Positions 1 through 12,775 of a DNA stretch of 64,000 nucleotides are shown in pieces. The notes below the pieces were generated by a model, which ran no database searches, had not been told where the DNA came from, and was given only the letters and a program-made list of their open reading frames with translations. The stretch comes from Octopus vulgaris (taxonomy: Eukaryota). Made by a program: the position numbers and the translations under genes. How positions within the stretch are numbered: the stretch's first letter is position 1; every line of letters begins with the position of its first letter. The DNA lies in contig OX597823.1 of NCBI GenBank assembly GCA_951406725.2, positions 71,672,001 to 71,736,000 of the forward strand, written 5' to 3'.

Positions 1-82
1 GAACTCAGAACGTAATGGCAGATGAAATACGGCTACACATTTTGCCCAGCGTGCTAACGATTCTGCCAGCTCACTGCCCTAG

Positions 83-250
83 TATGTATGTATGTATGTA
101 TGTATGTATGTATGTATGTATGTATGTATGTATGTATGTATGTATGTATGTATGTATGTATGTATGTATGTATGTATGTATGTATGTATGTATGTATGTA
201 TGTATGTATGTATGTATGTATGTATGTATGTATGTATGTATGTATGTATG
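83..250. repeat. (TATG)n microsatellite
   Basis: Perfect tetranucleotide run; source of the YVCM/HTYI pseudo-ORFs. Confidence 0.98.
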
Positions 251-703
251 CATGCATGCATATTTTGAGTCAGTGCATATGAAGATTTGCATGTTTTGTT
301 TTATGTTTTTGTGTATGTATATATTTTTTATTGTTTACTTGTTTTGGCCATTGGACTGTGGTCAGTCTGGGGCACTGCCTTGAAAGGTTCTAGCCAAGCA
401 GAATGGCCTTGCTCATATTTTCAAAGACAGTTACTTATTTCTGTCAGTTTGTTTTACCAAACCGAAAAGTTACAGAGATGGGCTTCCATGGTTTCTGTCC
501 ATCAAATTCACTCACGAGGCAATTGGTCAGCCTGGGGCTAGAGTACAAGTTACTTGCCTGAGATGCTGCACACAGTGGGACTGAACCTGAAGTCACATGG
601 TTGCAAAGAAAGCTTCTTAACCACACAGCCATGTCTGTACCGATTTATTATTATTGTTTTATTGCATTATTTTTGTTTATCTTTTTCTGTTAACCAGTCT
701 TGA

Positions 704-994
704 ATTCTGTTGTGTCTGGGGAGAGTCATTTTCTTTTTGTGCCTTATAATGTTACACACTCACCGGTAAAATTTCCACTTTTTTTTCCTTACTAGTCAAG
801 GCTATTGAAAAGGTTGCAAGATGCAACGAAAATTTTTAGGAAAATAAAAGTAAGAAAAAAAAGTGGAAATTTTACTGATGAGTGTGTTATATTATAAGGC
901 ACAAAAAGAAAATGACTCTCCCCAGACACAACAGAATATGCTTCAACACACGAACTCATATAAAGAATCTTGCAAACCAAATCCAAAAACGAAA
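704..994. mobile_element. Hairpin-plus-tail short element, copy 1
   Basis: About 90-bp inverted arms 704-793 and 849-937 plus a one-sided tail; flanking direct repeat cagtcttgaatt (695-706, 995-1006); second copy at 38392-38636. Confidence 0.8.
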
Positions 995-1103
995 CAGTCT
1001 TGAATTGATTGGAAAAAAATTTATAATGTCACTTCACCAAATTGTTTTGTTCTTTTCCCTTCTTTTTAATGTGTTCTGAACTCTTTGTTGATATTGTGTG
1101 CAG

Positions 1104-1309
1104 GTCTAAGTAAATTGGTGGAAGCTTCAGAAGCAGTCAACGAACTCTCATTGGAACTTGTTGAGAAAGAAAAAGAACTTGAAATTGCTTCCCAAGAAGC
1201 GGACGTAGTCTTAAAGGAAGTTACCATAAAAGCCCAAGCAGCCGAAAAGGTTAAACGTCAAGTACAAGCAGTGAAGGACAAAGCCCAGGCTATTGTGGAT
1301 CTTATATCA
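1104..1309 (+). CDS. DNAH5: Dynein heavy chain exon 1 in window (stalk coiled coil 1)
   Basis: tgcag|GT acceptor (phase 1), [12 protein letters not shown]...[13 protein letters not shown]|gtaaga donor. Confidence 0.93.
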
Positions 1310-1630
1310 GTAAGATTACTTGATAACTTAATCATAGACCCTTCCATGTGATCACCTGATTTACTTAATGTGACTAACGAAAGTTTTCAAAATTGATTAC
1401 GATCTTTGAAAGGGCTGTTTGTACAATTGATCTTAGAATTTTCATCTAAGCTTTGACTCTCATAATTCCTTAATCACCAATATTATTCCTATATCACTGT
1501 CTAAAAGTTATTCACAAACTAGTCTACTATATCTCATTCTTAGTGTTTTGCAGCCTGCTTAAGAGAATTTATTATTATCATTATTATTATTATTATTATT
1601 ATCATTATTATTATTATTATTATTATTATT

Positions 1631-1845
1631 AAGGTGGTGAGCTGATGGAATTATCAACATGCTGGACGAAATGCTTAGTGGTATTTCGTTATGTTCTGAG
1701 TTCAAATTCTACTGAGGTCGACTTTGCCTTTCATCCTTGGGGGGGGGGGTCAATAAATTAAGTACCAGTGAAATACTGGGGGTTGATGTAATCAACTAGT
1801 CCCCTCCCCCAAAATTTCAGGCCTTGTGCTTATTGCAGGAAGGAC
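1631..1845 (+). mobile_element. SINE family B (aggcggcgagctggcag head; gcctttcatcc...gataaattaagtacc central domain)
   Basis: Matches copies at 1-80(-), 2160-2376(-), 3725-3935, 22880-23109, 39149-39379, 43845-44020(-), 44531-44984, 58935-59115(-). Confidence 0.8.
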
Positions 1846-1864
1846 CACCACCGCCGCCGCCGCC

Positions 1865-1895
<31 letters not shown>

Positions 1896-2046
1896 TCTTA
1901 TGCTATACTGCTCATCAGGTCAATTGTGGACACTTTCAGTAGCATATAAGTTTTTTCTTCAAGACAAGATTACTAAGCCCTTTCAAAAGAAAGAAATACT
2001 ATGGGTTGTTTTCCTTGAGTCTTCTCAGGACACAATATAGTTGATT

Positions 2047-2080
<34 letters not shown>

Positions 2081-2477
2081 CAACACCTGTAATTGACTGG
2101 TATCTTATTTACTGACACTGGAAGGATGAAATGTAAAGTTGATCTCTGCAGAGAACCATAATCCTTTCTACCATAGGCACAAGGCCTGAAATTTGGTGGG
2201 AGGGGGCCATTTGATTAGATCGACACCAGTATGCAACTGGTACTTAATTCATCAACCCCAAAAGGATGAAAGGCAAAGTTGACCTCAGCAGAATTTGAAC
2301 TCAGAACGTAATGGCGGATGAAATACTGCTAAGCATTTCGTCTGATGTGCTAACGATTCTGCCAGCTCACCACCTTCATAGAGTGCCATAATAAACACTG
2401 CAAAGTAGTCTATCCTCCTATACTCTAACAACACTTACAACTCACTATCACAAACAATTTGTGACATATACTATGAC

Positions 2478-2890
2478 ATCATCATTATCATCATCATCAT
2501 CATCGTTTAACATTCGTTTTCCATGCTAGCATGGGTTGGACGGTTTGACCGGGGTCTGGGAAGCCAGGAGGCTGCATCAGGCTCCAGTCTGATCTAGCAG
2601 TGTTTCTACAGCTAGATGCGCTTCCTAACGCCAACCACTCCGTGAGTGTAGTGGGTGCTTTTTACGCACCACCGGTACAGGTGCCAGGGGAGGCTAGCAA
2701 CTACCACAATCGGTTGGTGCTTTTACGTGCCACAGGTACAGGTGCCAGGGAGGCTGGCAACGGCCACAATTGGTTGGTGCTTTTACAAGCCACTAGCATG
2801 GAAGCCAGTCAATGTGGCGCTGGTATTGGCCATGTTCGGATGGTGCTTTTTATGTGCCACTGGCACGGGTATCACAAATACAATTTCCCT
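2478..2890 (-). mobile_element. Short element family D with RTE-like 3' end, (ATG)n tail and internal tandem units
   Basis: ggatgcccttcctaacgccaacc-type motif next to (CAT)n; copies near 4480-4655, 29775-30143, 37150-37300, 37990-38250, 52430-52790, 54790-55230. Confidence 0.75.
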
Positions 2891-5796
2891 TTGATTTTTA
2901 TTTTGAGGTTGATGTACTTGACTCAATATTTCTTTCTCAACATTGTAGCTGAAACTATTTCAAGGATGTAATAAAGATTTTAATGCTCTTTGTGACATGC
3001 TCTAATGACAGTCCCAAGTAGCAACATGTCAACAAGAATGATGGTATGACTATGAATAAAATATCGATCATTTGATGAGTTTCAACCTAGATTAGCAGTC
3101 TGACTATCTAATGCCTGAATGTTTGGTAGATTGAACCTATGGGCTGTTTCTAAGTATTTAGTTAACTCTTCCAATGATTCAGATATGTTGAAGCAAATCA
3201 GATTGAAATTCTTTGGCATCATTTATAATAACTGCTGCTATTAGTGTTATGGTTTTTTCTTTTTTTTTGTATGTACCTTTGTTTTGTTCCCTTTGGTGTT
3301 GAGAAAATTCGATCTCTCTTACATTCAATCGAACCATTGTGAATATGTGTGCATCTGTATAATTTACGTTTTGAAATTATTTGGGTGAACTTTTTGCGGG
3401 CTGCTGGTTTCTTATGACTTCACTGAAGAATTTTGCATTCATGTAATCACTCCTGAGCCATTGGAAAAGAGGGCCATTTTAAATCATATACTTTTATTGG
3501 AATATAGCATTGATGGTGTGATATAAATCAAGTATGGATCTGTTTTTGTTGGTTTGAATTCAGCTTTATTGCATGACATTGGGCAGATGTCTCCTATAGC
3601 TTCAAGTCAGTCCAAGCCTTGTGATTAAAATTGAGTAGTTAGAAACTGTGTGAAGCCCCCAAAATGGACAGTATATGTTCTTTAGTAACAAATACAATTC
3701 TTTGTAATGTATACAACTCTAGCAAAGGCAGCGAGCTGGCAGAAATGTTAGCACGCCGGGCGAAATGCTTAGAGGTATTTCGTCTGTCTTTACATTCTGA
3801 GTTCAAATTCCACTGTGGTCGACTTTGCTTTTCATCCTTTCAGAGTCGATAAATCAAGTTCCAGTTGCATACTGGGGTTGATCTAATCTACTGGCTCCCT
3901 CTCCAAAAATTTCAGGCCTTGTGCCTAGAGTAGAATCCTAGCATTACTACCAGGTTTTGGATGTCTGTAGAGGAGTCCAGCCAGTTATAAGTATTTTTGG
4001 GAAAGTTTTTCAGTCTGAGGATAGCACATTATTTGTGGGGTTTTTTCCTCCCGTTCCTCCTGGACTTGAAGACCATGCAAAATATGTAGAAGTGCCTCAC
4101 GGTCTACTCTTATGAAAGGATAAGAAGTTTTTCATATTTTACTTGGTAAACACACACAGTATCTGTGGGTAAAACATGCAAAACTATTTACTATAAGAAG
4201 AAACTACTCGTTGCTATTGTAAATTAGGAAAATGTCTCGAATGGGTTGCAGTGCTGAAGTCCAAGTCTATGAGGGGGTTTGCAAAAAGGAAACAAAATAC
4301 CATTCCAGTGCCTATTGATTTGAATGATTATCCAGCCTTGACCTTTAGTGAGCATTTTTTTAGTCAACAAAGTTGGTTTGAGCCATCAAATGACTGAATG
4401 TTTATGAGAGAAGTTACCAATATTTTTATATCCTATGTACATTCTTCTTTATGTCTGTTTGTTAGAGGAGGTAATTACTTCATCATCATCATCATCATTA
4501 TTTGTTTTTCATGCTTGCTTGGTTTGGATTGAACTGTTTGACCAGAGCTGGTAAGCAGGAGAGCTGCACCAAGTTCCAGTCTGATTTGACTTGGATTCAA
4601 AAGCTAGATGCCCTTACTCACGCCAACCGCTTTACAGTGTGTGCTGAATGCTTTTAACCCTTTAGTGTTCAGATTACTCTGTTAAATGAAATAATTTTTC
4701 ACTCAAATTGTTTTCAATTAATCATGCATTATGTTATAGCTTTGAGGTTTCAATGATGTGATTGTTTATTTTTAAAATGTCAATGTGAGAGGCTAGATAT
4801 CATCCATTTAAATACAAAATATGTAGAATATCGGCACAAGCACTTCTACATGGTTCCAGTGCAAAATCGATGTTATGTATGGTCACTTGACCTGTTTAAA
4901 ATAACAACCAGATCTTCCCCAAATTTTCTGTTGACAAGAAAAGGTCACCTTAGATAATATATTTCTGGATATACTAAACAAACAACAGAATGGTTAGGGA
5001 TTGACCATGTTAAATGATAAATATATTTTAACAGGGTTGACCTAGTTCTAAAAAAACAACTTCATATTTAAGTGATTTGAATAAAAACTTTTGCTTCCGA
5101 CATATGCAAATATCACATTCACCGTATGATAATTCTAATATCAAGTTATTGTGAAATATAGAATATCAATGCAGGATACAGAAGTCAGTCCTCTAATATG
5201 TCCTCAACGTTGATGCTTAAAATAAACTAATAACGAATATTAAAACAAATATTTCTTGACTAAAATATGAAATATCAAATTAAAGTTTTTAGTTTTGTTA
5301 GAGTTACCCATACTTAATGTAGGGAACGTTTAGAAATGATCATGTCAGAAGGGAAAGACAATATTGGCCAACAACAATTAAAACGTACTTTTAATTATTT
5401 TGGCAAAACGGATGATAACTCTGTGCATGTTTCAGTTTTATAAATAACCTTATCAGCAATGCCTTCCATTTCTACTTGCCAACATATTGATGGGAAAATT
5501 AGTAGATAAAATGTACAAGATAATACACAAATTGAATAGAAATATAGCTATTTTTGAGTTAGTAAAGCATACCTAAATTGTTCCGTTACAAATCCTTACA
5601 TACATATTTCAAATTCTGGGTTGATGAAAAAATGTATTCTTCAAGTCCTGTAGTTCGATTTGACCTTTTGTTTAAATTAGAAACTCATTTTTTCTGAAAA
5701 AAAAAAGGCATGCTGCAAGGGAGCTAATTCTAAGGTTTCGAGTTATTCCCCTTGCGTCTTCTTTCGTATAATTGTTTTGTTTAAAAACCTGATCAA

Positions 5797-6220
5797 TACT
5801 CTTTTACTTGTTTCAGTCATTTGACTGTGGCCATACTGGAGCACCGCCTTTAGTCGAGCAAATCGCCCCCAGGACTTATTCTTTGTAAGCCTAGTACTTA
5901 TTCTCTTTTGTCGAACCGCTAAGTTACGGGGACGTAAACACACCAGCATCGGTCATCAAGCGATGTTGGGTGGGGTTACAAACACAGACACACAAACATA
6001 CACACGCACACACTCACATACATACGCACACATATATATATATATATTCATATATTTGATGGGCTTCTTTCAGTTTCTGTCTATCAAATCCGCTCACAAG
6101 TCTTTGGTCGGTTCGAGGCTCTAGTAGAAGACACTTGACCAAGGTACCTCGCAGTGGGTCTGAACCCAGAACCATGTGGTTCGTAAGCAAGCTACTTACC
6201 ACACAGCCACTCCTACGCCT
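5797..6220 (-). mobile_element. SINE family C (tRNA-like head, CORE-like ccttgggcaagtgtc, internal (TA)/(TG) tract, AAAGAGT tail)
   Basis: Over ten similar 400-bp copies in the window, including 23440-23830, 26011-26398, 26789-27198, 29240-29640, 39875-40410, 40768-41170, 46908-47322, 50581-51003, 51238-51634, 56590-56920. Confidence 0.85.
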
Positions 6221-6355
6221 ACTTTGACAAAAATTAAACTGGATCTAAGAGTAGGAGCTATAAGTCTTTATTCCCTATGAAACACACACACACACACACA
6301 CATCTGTCTGTGTACGTATTAGTAGTATTAATTTTCTTTTACTTTCTGCTTTTAG

Positions 6356-6458
6356 GATGACAAAGCAATTGCAGAGAAGAAATTGGAAGCTGCCAAACCT
6401 GCCCTTCTAGAAGCAGAATTGGCTTTACAGACCATCAAACCAGCACATATATCAACAG
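6356..6458 (+). CDS. DNAH5: Dynein exon 2 (end of CC1, start of microtubule-binding domain)
   Basis: ttttag|GAT; [34 protein letters not shown]; G|gtgttt donor, phase 1. Too short for the ORF track. Confidence 0.93.
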
Positions 6459-6860
6459 GTGTTTATGTTTGGTTGTTTTTACCTTTATGGCTTATCATAG
6501 CACTTAAATCCCTGCGTATACATCTAAATTAGAAATAGCTAATAATCTACTCTTCCAATTTTACACAACAATTTTTCAGTCTCAGTAGCCACCATCTTTG
6601 ACACAAAAGAAATGAGGCACATTAATACTGATTTCTTATCTAGACCATGATATATATTTCATCATTACTGTTTATTATACAAGAGCTACACTTTAGCTTG
6701 TTTCAGGTAAGAAGTAACCAGAAGATTGTTTTGAAACGTTCTCTATGATGATAACCCATAAAGTTTACAGGAAAGAATTATCTCCTTTGTAAATATTACA
6801 CATATACATACACTCATGCATATGCACACTCATGTTCTAGTCCTTCAACCTCCTCTTCTG

Positions 6861-6908
<48 letters not shown>

Positions 6909-6985
6909 TGCTAGCATGGAAAACGGACGCTAAACGATGATGATGATGATGATATATACATATACTAGCAGTATATATACATATA

Positions 6986-7352
6986 CTAGCAGTATACTGC
7001 TCGGATTTGTTTCGGCCCTTTAGAATTGAAATTTTTGAAAAGTAAACATTTTGCATTACGTAGCTTGTTATTCTCTTTAAGTGAACATTTTTCTGGTTGA
7101 AATACACCGAAAAATGACAACACAGCAGTCAAAAAATCGTAAAAAATAGGGATTTTCATAGAAAAAAAGCACCTTTTTGATATAAATAATTTTTGGTGTT
7201 AACATGGTCCGATTTGAATTTTTTCTTCTACGGAAGGAAGAGCAAGCCTTCTTCTATCATACTCTCAATTTTGGTCAACTTGTGCCTCAGGGTTTTGGAG
7301 GAGATAGTGTTAGTTGAAGGTGACCAAACCTGCCATACACAGACAACGTCAG

Positions 7353-7360
<8 letters not shown>
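6986..7360 (-). mobile_element. Non-autonomous Helitron-like element, copy 1
   Basis: Reverse complement of the 28567-28960 element; CTAG end present twice (6965, 6986); 5' end merges into (TA)n. Confidence 0.75.
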
Positions 7361-7408
<48 letters not shown>

Positions 7409-8214
7409 TATATATACATTGTTGTCTTAGAATCTATAAATCAAAAACAATATGCACTTGTATATTTGTCAATAGAATTGGTATATTAATTGAAGTGTAC
7501 AATATTACATATCCATTGTACATGATCTTTCCAATTGGTCTTGTTCTAGGGGTTCAATGGAGTGTTAAATAACGGCCTGATCCATAACTGCCCTCGCTGA
7601 AGAGTACAAGATTACATAGTCAAGCTGTTATCTAATGCTGAGTTTAACCCCTAGTGTGAAACTGCTTAGTGAGAATGGCTATAATAGATATATAATACCA
7701 CACACTTCGATTACTATGCATACAAATGATGGACTCTTCTGTCGAAGACAGCATATGCATGTTCAGCATTGCCAAATGACCTGTACAAATGATTTGTTTA
7801 GAGTGATCAAATGTTCATCTCACATATTAGCTCACTTACTCCATCAAAACAGGAGCACGGTGTGCCACATCTCAAAGGTCAAAGAGCAATGTGAGATGAA
7901 GTGTTTTGCACAAAAACACAACATACCACCTAATCTAGGAATTGAAATCATGATCGCTTGATTGTGAGTGCAGCACCCTAACCACTAGGCCATATGCCCT
8001 CTAATACATATGTGCGTGCGTGCATGCATATGTGATAGGATGCCAAAGCTTGAAATGTCCAGGTTAGATGTGTTTCTCTACCCTCTCTAGGAGAATATTA
8101 AATATGAATAAGTGTGACTTGTATTATGCCAGATCTGTCTGACCTATGTCAGCATAGAAAACAGACATAGAAAAATGATGGTAATATGTTATTCACACAC
8201 ACTATATAGACACA

Positions 8215-10020
8215 TCATCATCCTCATTTAACGTCTGTGTTCAAGAGCTGGCCAGGTTGAAGCCTGCACCAGACTTCTGTGACTGTTCTGGCAGCTGGAT
8301 GCCCTTCCTAACACCAACTACTCAGCAGAGTGGACTTAGTGATTTTTATGCAGCATAAGCACGGGCGAGGTCAGTTTTGGCAAGGTTTTCCGAACACCAA
8401 CCACTTTACAGTGTGGACTGGATGGTTTTAAGTGACACCTGCACTGACAGGGTCACCAAGTATTTGCAAGAGAAAAACTTTAAAGGGAGGAGGAAGCATT
8501 GGAGGAGGTGATGATGAAAAGGTTATAGTGAGACAGATACAGGTGTCTTGCTGTAGAGGAAGTACAAAGTTACCTGACTGGAGAGAGAAAGATCAGGGAT
8601 GAAAACAGAAACATGTGTGCTACCGCAAAGAAAATACATGGTTGCTCAGCCTGAGGGAAGTGAAAGAGAAAGAGTGGGAGACCACAAGATGGGGATGGTG
8701 GCAAAATGCCGGCCATATTCACAAGGAATGGGGATCAGAGTATAAATGAGATGGCTGAGCAAAGGAGGAGGGAGAAATAGATAGTGGCAAGTACCAGGGC
8801 ATAGCCTTGAGGTTCAAATTCCATAATATGACAGGATATTGCGAAGGGAGTGTGATTAAAAAGTGGGAGTAAGTGGGAGTATATAGAGTTGGTTGGTGGG
8901 GGGGTCTACCGGATAGCAATGATACAGAGAAAGAGGGGTGTGAGAGCCTAGGCAAGGAGTGAGAGCTAGGAATAGTGAATGAAGGAGGAAATGCGAGAAA
9001 GGGAAGAGATGTAGATTGGTTTGTTGGGGTAGGGTGAAGGAAAAGTTTTCTTGTTACATGTGGGTTGAACACCCAGGTCGGGGGCAAGCAGAGGGCAATG
9101 ATACAGTGGCGCCAGGTCAAGAGGGCAAGATTGGGGCATGGAAGGTAATCATAGTACATGAAGCAGAAATGTGAGGAAGAGAAAAGATGTAGAGACGTAG
9201 TTTGGTTCGTTGTGGTAGAATGTGTGAGAAGTTTTCTTGTTAAGTGTGGGTGGGACACAGTGCTTCTAGAACTCAGTTTCACTGATGTGTGGGCGGGTCT
9301 TCTCAGGAACTTCATATTGCCAGACATCTTAGTCCGTGGTCATTTCCTCTGTGAGGTTCAACCTCCTGAGATTGGTCCTTACCACTCCATCCCATGTCTT
9401 CTGCAGGTACTGTCCCCGTTCAGTGATCAGCACTTCTTTATGCAGCTGTCCTCATTCATATGCATCACATATCCAAACTAACATAGTCTTCTCTCTTGCA
9501 TGCTACATTTAATTCCTCTAATGCCCAACTTTTCTCTCAATATATTTGTACTTTGTCATACATGTGCTGTGCATTGATGTTGCACATCCAACAGAGCATA
9601 CTACCCTCATTTCTCTCCAGTCTATGCATGTCTTCAGCATTCAGAACCCATGTCTTACTACCATGAAGTATAGCCGTTTGCACACAAGCATCATATAGTC
9701 TACCTTTCACTCTGAGAGAGAGTCCTTTTGTTGCCAGCAGAGGTAACAGCTCTTTGAACTTCCTCCCGCCAATTCTTATTATAGAAACAATACATTCAGA
9801 GCATCCTCCACCATTGCTAATTTGGGTAACAGAAATTATCTACAATCCCAAGAGATCCTCCTGGGCATTTGAGAGAATCTAAGTTCTGTGTGCTCTTAGT
9901 GATTATTGCTCCTGCACTTCTGCCACATACAAAGACTACTTTATCTGTTAATCTACCTGTGATGCCACTGCATCTTTTATGTGTCCATAGTTTTCCACTT
10001 CCCATCTAGGAAGGAATTCC
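8215..10020 (-). mobile_element. Degenerate RTE-clade LINE, 3' part
   Basis: Minus-strand reading around 9550-9790 gives KFKELLPLLATKGLSLRVKGRLYDACVQTAILHGSKTW; WTHKRCSGI upstream; 3' end with ggatgcccttcctaac motif and (CAT)n at about 8215. Confidence 0.8.
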
Positions 10021-10747
10021 TACCATGTTTCGTGGTCTGCTACCACAACAGCTCCTTTATAGGATCCAGTTAGCTCAAGACATCATCAGGAGGAACCACG
10101 TCCATTTTCGGCCCCTACTCCTCTACTGTTTTGACGTGGCGGGGCCCCACCCTATCGGAGGTGTCTTCAGCTCTGGTGTTGAGTGCATGTCTTCTTTCTC
10201 CTTCTTTCTTCTATTCCCTGGCCTCTTGAACGAGTGTCAGCGGGCGACTGACTGTCTAGTTAAATTTCCCTTTAAATACCCGCTGCTAGGCTCCAGCAGG
10301 CAGCCCCAGCAAGTTTACAAATTTGTTTACTAATATATACATGTACACATACAGAACACTTATATCATCCTACACATAGATGCAAATGCATGCGTACACA
10401 CCTACTAACATATACACACGCGCGTACACACACACACTCGTGTACACATGAGAACACAAAAAACATATATGCACAGTCAAGAAACATCTCCATCCTAGGA
10501 TTTGCCACAATTCTTAGTCTCTGTATTCTAACTTTTCCCCAAATAACAGACACCATGTTGCCATTTTCGGTTATTAATGATACAAATTAGCTTGTGAAAG
10601 ACGCAACTCATTTTTCTTTTCTTTTTTTTTTGTTCACCATTGCTGTTCAAAGGGAAGGAATTAAGAAAATTAATGTTTCTTCAAAGAAGGGGAGTAACTC
10701 ATCATGTTTTTATGTAACAAAAGCAACTTAAATAGTTTATAAATATA

Positions 10748-11125
10748 CTAGCGTTGCTCGGGTTTGTTTCGACCCTTTAGAATTGGAATTTTTGAAAAGT
10801 AAAAATTTTGCATTATGTAGCTTGTTATTCTCTTTAAGTGAACATTTTTCTGGTTGAAATACTCCGAAAAATGGCACACAGGAGTAAAAAAATCGTAAAA
10901 AATCGGGATTTTCATAGAAAAAAAGCACCTTTTGGATGTAAATAATTTTTGGTGTTAACATGGTCCGATTTGAATTTTTTCTTCTACGGAAGGAAGAGCA
11001 AGCCTTCTTCTATCATACTCTCAATTTTGGTCAACTTGCACCGCAGGGTCTCGGAGGAGACAGTGTTAGATGAAGGCTACCAAACCTGCCATACACAGAC
11101 AACTTTAGCTTTATATATATAGAGA
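10748..11125 (-). mobile_element. Non-autonomous Helitron-like element, copy 2
   Basis: TC start and CTAG end on the minus strand; body matches 28567-28960. Confidence 0.8.
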
Positions 11126-11198
11126 TTGAAATGTGTTAACATATCTATTATAGATAATAAATATGTTTACACATGCGTGCATATGTGTGAGTATATAT

Positions 11199-11490
11199 AA
11201 ACAAAATTTCTTATAATTATGAATATAATTATAATTAGGGTTCAGTAAAAAAATTTGCTTCACCACATACCGAAATTTAGAAATAGCAGCCAAAACTAGC
11301 TCTACCAGAGAAGTAGCTATTTCTAAATTTCGGTATGTGGTGAAGTAAATTTTTTTGCTCTACCCTAATTATAATTAAACTCATAATTTTAAGAATTTTT
11401 GTTAAAGTTTACCAGTAATGGTTCTTTTAACATACCGAACTACTTGGAAAAATTATTAATTAATCAATTAATTAATTCTACCCCTTATTA
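11199..11490. mobile_element. Hairpin-plus-tail insertion in (TA)n
   Basis: Inverted arms 11199-11287 and 11316-11403, 28-nt spacer, tail ending at (TA)n; carries gaaatagcagccaaaact, shared with the 25313 element. Confidence 0.7.
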
Positions 11491-12188
11491 TATATATCAT
11501 CATCATCATCATCATCATATATATATATATTAATATAATACTGTACAAAGGATTTGCTATTTCTGATTCTACTATACAAATATATATATGAGTACATCTT
11601 GAATGCCATCAAATACTGTTAGTCTATATGTGTGTGTCTTTGCATTTGTGTTTGTTTCGTACTTGACAACCAGTGTTGGTTTATTTATGCTTTCATAACT
11701 TAGTAGTTCAGCAACAAAAACTGATAGAAAAAGTACCACACTTTAAAAATGAAATAAGTACAAGGGTTAATTTGTTTGACCTACAATTCGTATGTGCCTA
11801 CAAAGCAGTGTATAGCTGCAGTCCAATAACTGAAACAAGTCAAAGATAAAAAAGTTTAAATACTGACTTAACAGATGAATATTTTCTTTAGAATTTCTCT
11901 AGAAATTTTTAAATGATGGAAACAAGGCTAATCTTGTGAAAGACATCGTTCTAATAAACTAATATATCCACCACACACACACACACACACATGCATTTGC
12001 ATGCAGTCACACACACACATGCACCACACATTTGTGTAGTGAGAAGTCTGCTTCCCAACCACACGGTTCTGGGTTCAATTTGTCTGTCTGGCAGCTTGAG
12101 TAGGTGTTTTCTACTATAGTCCTGGACCAACTACAGTCTTGTGAGGTGGATTTGGTAGACAGAAACTGAAAGAAGCCCATCAAAAACA

Positions 12189-12219
<31 letters not shown>

Positions 12220-12237
12220 TTATATATACATATATAC

Positions 12238-12285
<48 letters not shown>

Positions 12286-12533
12286 ATAATTCCATAAGAG
12301 TTGTTAGAGGTTGGTAAGGCAACCAACTAAGGGATAGTAACACACAGTCGTTGCATGTGTATGTATTCTTATAATAGTTCCTTATGTTTTAGAATAAATA
12401 GACATAATAGAATGTCTACTGGCTGATGCATGTCATTTTTGTATCCCCTCCATTTTCTTTTTTGTCATGTATATATATGTGTGTGTATGTATGTATGTGT
12501 GTATATTTATATGTATATCAATGTATGTGTATG

Positions 12534-12568
<35 letters not shown>

Positions 12569-12593
12569 ATGTATGTATTTGCATATATATATA

Positions 12594-12669
<76 letters not shown>

Positions 12670-12732
12670 TCAGCAACACCAAATGGCAATGCCCACCATG
12701 GCACAGCTCGTGAGCTGAAACTAGTTCAATTC

Positions 12733-12774
<42 letters not shown>

Positions 12775-12775
<1 letters not shown>

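Noticed and set aside
15-383. ORFs of repeated YVCM/HTYI
   Set aside because: Translations of the (TATG)n microsatellite; no coding signal.
8719-9481. 202-aa and 107-aa ORFs as a nested gene
   Set aside because: Low-complexity 3' region and antisense of the RTE LINE relic; no recognisable domain.
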